Shown here in pieces: positions 1-9,853 of a DNA stretch of 43,468 nt. The notes under the pieces are model-generated. The model was not told where the DNA came from. It worked only from the letters and a program-made list of their open reading frames with translations, and made no database searches. Source of the stretch: Neovahlkampfia damariscottae (lineage: Eukaryota); contig JABLTG010000159.1 in NCBI GenBank assembly GCA_016618085.1, positions 1 through 43,468 of the forward strand. The letters are read 5' to 3'. The position numbers and the translations under genes are program-made. Numbering within the stretch: position 1 is the first letter of the stretch; every line of letters begins with the position of its first letter.

Positions 1-130
1 CAAGTGTTCGAATACTACTGATTTTTCCTTCATTTGCCCATCGCTTGAGTGTTGAATTGCAAACACCGTACTGTTCTCTAACTTTTTTACTGGTGATATA
101 CTTTTCACTGGATTGATCATTTTTGTTCAT
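1..130 (-). CDS. tnpA: IS607-family serine transposase/recombinase (TnpA), N-terminal MerR-type HTH; runs off the left edge of the window
   Basis: Not in the ORF track. The reverse strand from ATG 130 reads MNKNDQSSEKYITSKKVREQYGVCNSTLKRWANEGKISSIRTL(G), matching the IS607 TnpA N-terminal pattern (Y...YGV...TLxRW..xGKI..IRT.GG.RRY). An upstream ATG at 176 is separated from it by a TAA and a 1-nt frame offset. Confidence 0.8.
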   Translation of the reverse strand, partial: MNKNDQSSEKYITSKKVREQYGVCNSTLKRWANEGKISSIRTL

Positions 131-248
131 CAACCAGTTTTCTTTATTTACTTGGTGTCTTTTCTACTTTTTCCATCCTTTTATAATTTTTCGGAATTTA
201 AAAAATCTATACATAGTTCATAAATGATTCCCAATGGTCACTTTACAA
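1..248 (-). mobile_element. Left end of a putative IS607-like (Fanzor2-type) element, partial
   Basis: TnpA HTH plus ~115 nt of upstream sequence abutting the end of the DsbA ORF. The boundary is inferred at minus-strand CCG|TTGTAAAG (GG at 250-251 on +). Confidence 0.55.
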
Positions 249-907
249 CGGAAAAATCAAATACTCCAATTCAGTATGTTCATAGCCAAGTTCAAATTCA
301 ACAAAATGAAGTCTATCAAAACCCCAAATTAATGAATTATTAACCCAAAATGAAGGAACTCCAACAGCACCTCTATTTGAAACTTCGGCTGTATTTTCTT
401 CTAAAGTAGCTTTTACTTTTGGATCTGAAATAATTTCTTTTGCATTTTGAATTCCAACACTTTCAGCAATAGAAAATAACTCATCTTCATTTTCCATATC
501 TTTTCCTTCGACCCAAACAGCTGAATATAATTTATGAGTCAATTTTATTCTTGTTTTTTTATCAACACCAACTAATAATCTTTGTGCTTTTAAAGATTTC
601 ATAGGCCACCTTTGAAAATTTAAAAAAAAAATGGGTGAAACTTTTTTGGTTGAATTAATGGTACATTGTATCTTTTTAATTGAATTTGCAAATCTTTTGA
701 TATTGATAATTTTTTTTGTGGTGACATTACATCAGTAGCACTTCCATTTTTACCTTGAGGAGCTTTTGTTTCTTTGTAAATTCCACCTAAAAGTACAGGA
801 CGAAATATAACTTCAGCATCACATTTTCGAGCAAGTTCTTCAACTTGTGTTGATGCTAAATAAGCATATGGACACACAATATCATAATAAAATACAAAAC
901 TCTTCAT
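243..907 (-). CDS. DsbA-like thioredoxin-fold protein / 2-hydroxychromene-2-carboxylate isomerase (GST-kappa family), possibly 3'-truncated
   Basis: FYYDIVCPYAYL at the N-terminus and GAVGVPSFWV..IWGFDRLHFVE at the C-terminus. A 32-nt intron (610-641, GTTTCA..AAG) joins the two ORFs as PKK|WPMKS. Confidence 0.85.
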
Positions 908-1026
908 TTGGAAATTAAAAATCTCTCAAGATTGAAAATAAAACCCAAAGGTAGATAAATTTATTCTGTTGGTTAATTCTTTTTAAACCAATTAACACAC
1001 TTTGTTAAAGTTGATTGAACCCAAGG

Positions 1027-1997
1027 ATGAATTTGAAAAAAGAACAAGTTGAATTTTTTTATAACAATGGATATTTAGTCGTAGAAGATTTTATGTCATC
1101 AGAAGAAGTAAAAACACTCATGGATAGAATGGAATATCTTTTAAAAGACTTTGACCCAAAAGCAACACATACAATATTTACAACTGACAATGAAAAACAT
1201 ACAAAAAATGATTACTTTGTGGATTCATCTGATAAAATTTCCTTCTTTTTGGAAGAAAAAGCTTATAACCCAGAAAAAAATGAATTCATTTCTAAAAAGA
1301 GCGAAATTTTGAATAAAGTTGGTCATGCTCTTCATGATAAAGATGAAGTATTCAAAAAGTTCAGTTTTCAAAAAAAAATCAAAAATTATTGTCACGACTT
1401 GGGTTTAAAAAAACCTTCTATTTGTCAATCAATGGTTTGATTTTGTTTTTTTTATTTATTTTTAAAGTACATCTATAAACCACCAAAAATTGGAGGAGAA
1501 GTTACAGCACATCAAGACTCAACATTTTTATTCACTGAAGGTGAAGAAGATCCATGCGTTGGTTTTTGGTTTGCTTTACAAGATGCAAAGAAAGAAAACG
1601 CTTGTTTATGGGCAATACCTGGTTCTCATAAAAAAGGATTATGGAGAAGATGGGAAAAAGTGAATGATGAAATGGAGTTTAGAGACATAAATCCAGATTT
1701 AAAATATGGTAACTTTAAACACAAAAAACATTTAATTCATTGAACAGATACTGATATTCATGATAAAGATTATGTTCCAGTTGAAATGAAATCAGGTTCT
1801 GTTATTCTCATTCATGGTCATTTGATTCATAAAAGTCATAAAAATTTATCAGACAAACCAAGAGATGCATTTGCTTTACATATCATTGAAGATCAATCAA
1901 AATGGTCAAAATTAAATTGGTTGCAAAGGTATTTTAAAAAGAAAAGTTTAAAATTCCATTTTTTAGAGAAACTTTTCCTGATTTGTGGGAAGAATAA
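1027..1997 (+). CDS. PHYHD1: Phytanoyl-CoA dioxygenase domain-containing protein (Fe/2-OG dioxygenase)
   Basis: LNKVGHALH, QSM|YIYKPPKIGGEVTAHQDSTFL (HxD) and HGHLIHKS..N.S...R. Introns 1435-1467, 1709-1747, 1929-1966. Confidence 0.92.
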
Positions 1998-2075
1998 ATT
2001 CTTTTTGTCATTGGAAAATGAAAATAATAAAATAATTTCATTGGTGAATTATTCCCTCCACAAACAACTCACACA

Positions 2076-4106
2076 ATGTTCAAAGGATTAGCATTTTGTT
2101 TTTCAGGTACTCTCAGCATGGTTAAAAAAGACTATGAAAACTTAGTAAAGAAAAATGGTGGAAAGGTGACCTCAAGTGTTACACAAAGCACAACTCACTT
2201 AATTACAACATCTTCAGAGTTTGAAAATGAAACAACCAAAGTTTCCAGAGCTAAATCTCTTGGAATTTGGATTGTTGAAGAAGACTTCATCCAAGAATCT
2301 TTGAAGAAAAAAAAACTTGTCAAAGAAAAAGACTTTTGTTTTGAAGAACCTGACAATGAAGATGAAGATGAAGATGAAGAAGAAGAAGAAGAGAAAAAAC
2401 CACCACCTAAAAGAGTTTCGACTACTATTGTGAAAAAAAGAAAAAGAAAAGAAAAAGAAGAGGAAACAGAAGAAGAATCAGAAGAAAAACCAACAAAACT
2501 AAAGAAAGTTGTAGTTAAAGGAAAAGCAGCTGTTGATGAAGATTCAGGTTATACAGACAATGGAATGGTTTATGAAAATCAACAAGCAGTTTGGTCAGTT
2601 ATGTTAAATCAAACTGATGTCGCTTATGGTACTTATGGACATAACAAATACTATTTAATTCAAATTATTCAAGTTGGAAACAAGTACATTGTTTTTAACA
2701 AGGTTGGTTTTTTTTTTTTTTTTTTTTTCAAACTATGTTTTTGTTTTAGTGGGGAAGAGTTGGAGCAAAAGGTCAAAAATCAAAAGCAGAGTTTTCACAT
2801 CCAGATGGTGCTATTGCAGAATTTAAAAAGAAATTTCAAAGTAAAACATCAAACAAGTGGGATGATAGAGCTAATTTTCAACCTTATTCTGGCAAATATA
2901 CAATGGTCGAAATTGATTACAATGAAAATGAATCAGATGATGAAAAAATTGAAAAATTAGAAAATATTACAGTTGATAAACCAAAGAAACTTGAATGTAA
3001 ATTGGATAAAAGAATTCAAAGTTTGTTGAAATTTATTGGGTTAGTTTTTGTTTTTAATTAAAATTCAAAAAAAAAGTAATATTGAGGCAATGAACAATAC
3101 AATGAAAGAATATAATATTGATATTGCAAAAATGCCATTGGGAAAATTATCAAAAAAACAAATCTCAAATGGTTATGAAGTTTTACAAGATATTCAAGAA
3201 GCATTCAACAATGGAAATAAAAAAGATCTTGTTGATTTATCAAGTGAATTTTATTCATTAATTCCACATGATTGTAAATATTTTTTTTTTTTTTAGCATT
3301 AATTTTTAGTTGGAAGAAAAAGACCTCAAATTATTGATACACCACAATTATTAAAAGCAAAATTAGAAATGTTAGAAACATTAGGAGATCTTGAAATTGC
3401 AACTAAAATGTTATCAAAATCAAAGGATCTTGATGTTCATCCATTTGATTCTGCTTATGAAAAATTAAAAACTAAAATGGTTCCTATTGAGTCTGACCAT
3501 AAAGATTACAAAATGATTGAAAAAATGATCAAAGATACACATGGACCAACCCATAATTATTATAAACTCAAAATTGTTGACATCTTTGAAATTGAAAGAG
3601 AAGGTGAAGCAGAAAAATTTAAGAAATATTCCGATTTACATAATAGAAGACTTTTATGGCATGGATCTAGATCAACAAATTATATGGGTATTTTATCACA
3701 AGGTTTAAGAATTGCACCACCTGAAGCTCCAGTTACTGGTTATATGTTTGGAAAAGGTGTTTATTTTGCTGATATTGTTTCCAAATCAGCAAATTACTGT
3801 TTTAGTAAAGATGAAGGTTGTTTATTATTGGGCGAAGTTGCATTGGGAGATATGTATGAATTAGAACATGCAGAATTTATTGATGGATTAAAAGGTTCAT
3901 ATAAATCAACAAAGGGAAAAGGTACTCATCACCCAGATCCAAAAGATGATGTTACACTTGAGAATGGAACAGTTGTTCATACAGGTAAACCTGTTAATCA
4001 AAAAGGAGTATCAAAAAACACTTCACTTTTATATAATGAATTTATAGTTTATGATACAAGTCAAATCTTGTTAAAATATATGATTAGAGTTAAATTTACA
4101 AAATAA
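2076..4106 (+). CDS. Poly(ADP-ribose) polymerase (BRCT-WGR-regulatory-catalytic; PARP1/2 class)
   Basis: N-terminal BRCT; NK|WGRVG after intron 2703-2749; MPLGKLS; catalytic triad H (LLWHGS), Y (GVYFAD...SKSANY), E (YNEFIVY). Further introns 3040-3076 and 3274-3309. Confidence 0.95.
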
Positions 4107-4446
4107 AATCTAATTTCTTTATCCATGGGTATTCAACCTCAATATAAAGAGAAGTCGATCCAATTCAAGTTTCTGTCTTGCAAACATCCATTTATTTCTT
4201 AAATTTTGATGGTGAACTTCATGAAACTGATGATTGATAAAAATGCTGCACCAATCAAATGATTTTCCTTCCTGGGAACCCAGATTAATTTTTTCAAGAA
4301 TTAAATGTGAAATCTTATTTAAGAAAAGTATCAAAAAAGAACCAAAACAAGAAATAAAACTATTCTAGAAGAAGCAATTGATGATTCAGGTGATTCAAAA
4401 ATATTTTCAATTTTTGCAAGCAAATTAAAAGAAGATAAACAATGTA

Positions 4447-5129
4447 TCATTTCATAGACTTTATTTCATAATCTTTTAAACACCCATTTTTCTTTAATAT
4501 ACCGCCATCTTTTATTATTTGAATTCCAATATTTGCAATATTTTTTGAATCATCTATTCCTTGATGAGCTATTCCAATGAAATCAAGATTTAATTTTAGA
4601 ACCATTTTTTTTATTCCCATAGGTTTTGTTTTATAGAATTGACCAAATAACTTTCTTATATTTACCCATTGATCAAAGTATTGTGGGTATGGAATTTTCT
4701 TTTTTTGACATTCTGGTGCCAAAAAGTCACGAAAATCCCATGGTCCATCAGTCACAAAAATGAAAGAGTATTTTCCTGAAAGTAAATCATTATTCTTTAA
4801 AAAATCATCAACATTCTCCAAAGCTTTTTGTAAAGTAACTGCAGAATCAACTTTTTTCTACAGAAGTTGGAATTGAGTTTTTTTTTTACCTGAGTGATTC
4901 CTGTTAGTTTTGTGCAGAATTCTGTGATATTTCTGTTGACAGTTGGTTTTACAAATTGTTGATATTCTTTTTCTATTTTCAAAGTTTTTGAGTTTAACAT
5001 GATTATAGGAAATTCAATGATTTCTCTGAAGAAATCTGAATCTCCTTCCTGACAATTTGCTTCAAAGTCGAGGAATAAATAATAGTCAAATGGTTGTTTG
5101 GGTATTTTGTTTTCTTCTATTTTTCTCAT
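4447..5129 (-). CDS. ERI1/ERI2/ERI3-family DEDDh 3'-5' exoribonuclease
   Basis: LDFEANC, EIIEFP, FCTKLTGITQ, FVTDGPWD, GIAHQGIDDSKNIA. 32-nt intron 4858-4889. Confidence 0.92.
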
Positions 5130-5261
5130 TTTCAAAATTGAAATTTGTTATTGATTGGATGAATTTATCTTATAGAAATTATCAGTCAAACATTTATTTC
5201 TCCTTTTTTCTTTGTGGTTCGAATTTGGAAATGGAAGCTGTTTGACGAATCAAATTCCAAC

Positions 5262-6302
5262 ATGCAAGAAACTGAAGTAAACGACATCGATAGTAACGTT
5301 TACGAAACAGTAATCGTTGGAAGAGGACATTCAAGACCCGTAGTTGATGTTTGTTCTTCTGAAATTGTTGATGATTCATTTTGGTAAAGAAATTAAAAAA
5401 AATAAACTGTATACACAATAGGATCCTTTCTTCATCAAAAGATAATACAATAATGTTGAGGAATGGTGAAACAGGTGATTGGGTAGGTACCTTAAAAGGA
5501 CATAAAGGAGCCATTTGTTCTTCAACTTTTGATAAAACTGCTTCAAAAGTATGTTCAGCATCAGCTGATTTTACAGTGTAAATTTTTTTCTAAATTAATG
5601 AAAAAAATGATAGAAAATATTGGAATGCAATCACTGGTAAAGAATTGCAAACTTTCAATCATTCTCACATTGTCAAATCTTGTAATTTTTCACCAGTAAA
5701 AAAATAATAATTTTTCCAACAACATTTTACAGGATTGTGATCGAATTTTGACAGGAGGAAAAGATAAATTAATAAGAATATATGATTTACAAAAACCAGA
5801 AAAAGAAATTTCATCATTTTCTGGACACACTTCAACTATAAATTGTGTAAAATATTTGAAGAATGAAAATGTATTTATCAGTTCATCTGATGACAAAACA
5901 ATAAAATTATGGGATCAAAGAATATCAAATAGTATAAAAACAATGACATTTGATTCAGAAATACCTGAATTCAAAATCATTAATTCAACGATTGCTGTTC
6001 CAACATCAAATTCAGTAAAATTTTTAGATTTGAATTTTGAATTGATTGATGAAATAAATGATTTACCAAATCAATTAGAAAGTATTGCATTATCAAATAA
6101 TGAAGATGTATTAATAACATGTGGTGAGGATTGTGATGTTAGAATTTATTCAATGAAGAAAAAAAAAGAAATTGAATCACACAAAGGACATCATGGTATT
6201 GTTCATTCAATAACATTTTCACCAAAAAATGATTGTTATATTTCAGGTTCAGATGATTCAACAATTAGAATTCATACTTTAAAAAAGATAAACTCAGAAT
6301 AG
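5262..6302 (+). CDS. STRAP: WD40 protein STRAP/UNRIP
   Basis: Exon 1 (not in the ORF track) reads MQETE..GRGHSRPVVD, followed by SSKDNTIMLRNGETGDWVGTLKGHKGA, the STRAP signature. Three short introns. Confidence 0.88.
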
Positions 6303-7297
6303 ATCTTCTTCTTTTTTTATTCTTTTTTTAATGAATTTTGAATCTATATTAGAATCTTCTTCTTGTTGTTTTAATTTTTTAGTCTCTTTTTTTTCTTTGA
6401 AAAATAAACAAGTTGAGTTGATTGAACATTCATTACATTTTGGATTTTTTGATTTACAGATTTGTTGACCAAATCCAACTAAATCTATGTTTATTGTATT
6501 CCTATATTCAATTTTAATGATTCAATTTTTTATTACCAATACTCTTTTGGTATGATTTTTATTAATTCTTTTTCTGATTCTTCAGGTGTTTTTGTTTTAA
6601 TCCAACCTAATCTATTTACGATTCGATGAACATGTACATCAACACCAATACCTATTGTTCTATTGAAAATCATTTAGAATTAAAAAAACAAACTTATTCA
6701 ATGCAATTTTCATGACTAATATGAATTTTAGAATTAAGAAAAGTTAAATACATAAAGGAGCCATTTTTGGACCAACACCAGGTAATTTTAATATTTCAGA
6801 CATTTGTGTAGGTGTATCATCTATAATTCATGAGAAAAATAAAAAGGAAATTCCAAACTGTTATATTTTTCTTTTAATATTAATGAGGTTTTAAGAATGT
6901 ATTCAGATTTTCTTTTGTAAAAACCTACTGGATAAATTAATTTTTCTAATTCATTTTTATCTAATTTTAATATATTTTCAATTGTCAATCCATGATTTAT
7001 CAACTTTTTCATTGCTGCAGAAGTTATTTCATCTTTTGTTTGACTTGATAACATTAAACTGATTAAAGTTTGAAATCTGAATACATTTGGTTCAACATTT
7101 TTCTCACTAATACATTCAGCACCCATTCTTTTATAAAATTATTTTATTTTATTTTACGAATCAACAGGAGCATCTCTTTTTTCTCTTTGTTTTTGTATTT
7201 TTGGATATTGTTCTTCAAATATTTTTAATCTTTCTGAACTTGAAGAATATTCTGATTTAATCTCAAGATGTTTTCTTTTTTTCGGACTTTTATTCAT
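6294..7297 (-). CDS. NTH1: Endonuclease III-like DNA glycosylase/AP lyase
   Basis: [21 protein letters not shown], HhH motif [19 protein letters not shown], 4Fe-4S motif C-x6-C-x2-C-x5-C. Five short introns and a 22-nt exon; stop TGA at 6294-6296. Confidence 0.92.
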
Positions 7298-7572
7298 CTT
7301 TGTTATAAATTTTCCGATTAACATACAACTCTCATTGGTTCAATTTGTTTTTCCAAATTTTATCATTTAACACCATTTGATAGTGTGAATTGGTTTTACT
7401 TGTTTGTTTTTTAAGTTTCTTCCCTTCCATTTGGTTTGATTGACAAATATCACATACCAAAAAGAATTATCGGATAAAAAACAAAAGCAAGGTAAAAATA
7501 ACTCAAAACAAAATTAAAACAAGATCAAAATTCAATTTCAACTTCAAATTTAATTTATTTCGTTTTGTTTCA

Positions 7573-8048
7573 CTAATTATTTTCATCAATATTGTTTTCA
7601 CTTGAATACTTAAAGTGAAACAAAACGTTAGATGCAGAAATTTCTCTGATAATTTTGAAATAGTTTTTAGATGTCCATTCACATTCTTTATCATTTTTTA
7701 GTTCCTTGGATGCAAATTTAAGCGAACAAGCAGACTGTTTTACTGCTTCCAAAACTACTTCTTTATCATTTTTTAATTCAGATGACGCATGTTGAAATGA
7801 ACTGCCATCCTGTTTTACTAATTCCACAACTATATTTTTATCGTTTGTCAATTTTGTGGCACGTACAAGAGAAAAATCATCCTGTTTTAGTGCTTCCAAA
7901 ACTATTTCTTTATCCTCTTTTAACTCAATGCATTTTGTTTCACTGCTTCCAAAACTATTTCTTTATTATTTTGTAATTCAAATGATGCATATTCAAGTGA
8001 AAGACCATCCTGTTTTACTGCTTCTAAAACTATTTTTTTTGAAACCAT
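7573..8048 (-). pseudogene. DUF4116 repeat protein, frameshifted
   Basis: About 5 repeats of K(E/N)IVLEAVKQDG.SL.YAS.EL.ND. The frame from ATG 8048 hits TAA near 7921 and the repeats continue in another frame, consistent with an internal deletion. Confidence 0.75.
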
Positions 8049-8196
8049 TTTTTATTGGATAAAGTATGTGCTGAACAGAATTGAACAAAGTGATGCGAAA
8101 AAAAAAAGTTGGAAATATTTTAATCAAAACATGTCGAAAAAACAAACTGGTATTACCTTCTTCGATGAAATTCTCAACGATTTTTGAATTATTGAG

Positions 8197-8470
8197 GAAA
8201 AGCATGAAGTCACATATGAAGATATGTCATGATTGAAACAATTGAATAATAGAAAAACTTCCAAATATATTTTGGTGCACTGAAAATTATTGTTTTTGTC
8301 TTCATTCTCGTTTTTTTCCAAATTTTTTTTTTCATGAAGAATTCTTTCATTCATTTTGCTCTTCATAACAGATTTCAGAAAGAACTATATTTGACTATAT
8401 TAAAAGAATCATTAATAACAACTTCATTGGGACAAATTTTCTATTTGTTTGTTCAACACAACTCACCAAT
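8197..8470 (+). repeat. Copy 1 of a ~280-bp dispersed duplicated segment (decayed small membrane-protein gene on the - strand, ATG 8427)
   Basis: Colinear with 26999-27286 (shared stretches include TCATAACAGATTTCAGAAAGAACTATA and TATTTGTTTGTTCAACACAACTCACCAAT). This copy has TAG at codon 11 and frameshifts. Confidence 0.85.
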
Positions 8471-9539
8471 GAAAAAACAAACACTCAGTTTGATGTTGAA
8501 AAAGTACAGCTCAGCATTTGGTGTCACACTAGGATTTCTCACTGGATCACATATAAATTCATTGCAAATACATAAAGAAAAATTAGAACATATTAAATTT
8601 GATTCCATTGAACAAAGGTTTTTCTACTTCTCGGATGTACAAAAAGAAAATGAAAGGTTTATGTCACCAACATCATTTATGAAATCAATATTAGTCACAA
8701 AACCTAAATTACCAGTTTGGGTTGCTCATCCTCGAAAAAATGGAGAACTTTTGACAGAAAATTCAATGAAAAAAAATATCAAATTACAAAGATTACTTTC
8801 AATGGTTGATGCCAATTCAGATGGGCTAATATCACTTCACGAATATCAATTCTTCAATAAGATATTGAATTGTCATTTTTCTGATTTCAAATTTGTCTTC
8901 AATGTAACTAGAAACAAAAACTAACCTATCAAATAGCTATTTCATGATGAAATATCTTCAAAGGATTTATGTAAAATATTAAAAGTTGATATTGATTTTT
9001 CAAATTTCTTCAGAAAAGATATTTTGAATTTTGATGATTTCTATCAAATTGTCAATTCTCTTAAAATGGAAGTTATCAGACAAGAATTCAAGAATTATGA
9101 TACAGAAGGAAATGGTTTAATATCTGTTGAATCATTTAGTCAACTTATAACATCAAGTATGCATTTTCATTCTATTTCAAATGTTCCTTCTTTCAAGAAA
9201 AAATTAAATGTATTAAAAACAAATGGGTTTCTAAAACCATCTGGAAGAATAAATTTACAAACTTTTAAATCATTTCATTTAATGAGTGAAACATCCGAAG
9301 AAATAGGGAGAGCTTTGAAAATATATTCAGAAGGAGAAAGATCAATTGGTAAAAATGAATTTAAAAGAGCTGTACATGTAACTACTGGATTGATTTTAGA
9401 TTCAAAAGTCATTGATTTAGTTTTTGCATTATTTGATGAAAATAATGAAGGAAATCTTCAATATGATAAATTTGTTGATATTTTAAAAACAAGAAAAGAA
9501 AAGAAACCAAAACATAAATTTGAAGAAATTGTAAATTAA
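8469..9539 (+). CDS. Mitochondrial calcium uptake protein MICU-like (EF-hands)
   Basis: EQRFFYFS..FMSPTSFMKS, EF-hands DANSDGLISLHEY, DTEGNGLISVESF and VIDLVFALFDENNEGNLQYDKF. Intron 8904-8936 with a CTAAC branch site. Start could be ATG 8469 or 8493. Confidence 0.8.
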
Positions 9540-9551
9540 AGTTGTTGATAT

Positions 9552-9818
9552 TCAAAAATCATTTTCTTCGATTGGAGTTCCTGTTTGAGTAATTTTTTGA
9601 AGCATAATTGTATCTTCTTCACAAAAACTAACTACTCCTTCTTTATCGATTGGAAAAGCAATTTGTGAATTTTTTGAAATTAAACAATTTTCTTGTGGAT
9701 CATATTCTAAATTATCCTTTGTATAAGGACAAACTAGTACTTTCATTTTTTCAATATCAAATTTATGTATTGTTGAATAGTTTAATTTTATAGTTTTTAA
9801 AATCTTCTTCCTCAACAT
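9552..9818 (-). CDS. PreY/PYURF-like (Trm112/UPF0434 family) protein, likely mitochondrial
   Basis: LVCPYTKDNLEYD...LIS....AFPI..G; basic N-terminus MLRKKILK. Confidence 0.75.
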   Translation of the reverse strand: MLRKKILKTIKLNYSTIHKFDIEKMKVLVCPYTKDNLEYDPQENCLISKNSQIAFPIDKEGVVSFCEEDTIMLQKITQTGTPIEENDF

Positions 9819-9853
9819 GTTTAACAAATGATATCTGATTGGATAACTAAAAT

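Noticed and set aside
108..151. 44-nt GTAAAT..CAG intron linking ATG 176 to the TnpA frame
   Set aside because: Splicing it puts the HTH out of frame.
4113..4446. ORF 4119-4334 as a real gene
   Set aside because: No recognisable domain; the region looks like a decayed fragment at best.
8334..8468. N-terminal 45 aa of ORF 8334-8924 as part of MICU
   Set aside because: This stretch is the antisense of the duplicated cassette also present at 27.0-27.3 kb, so the open frame is fortuitous.
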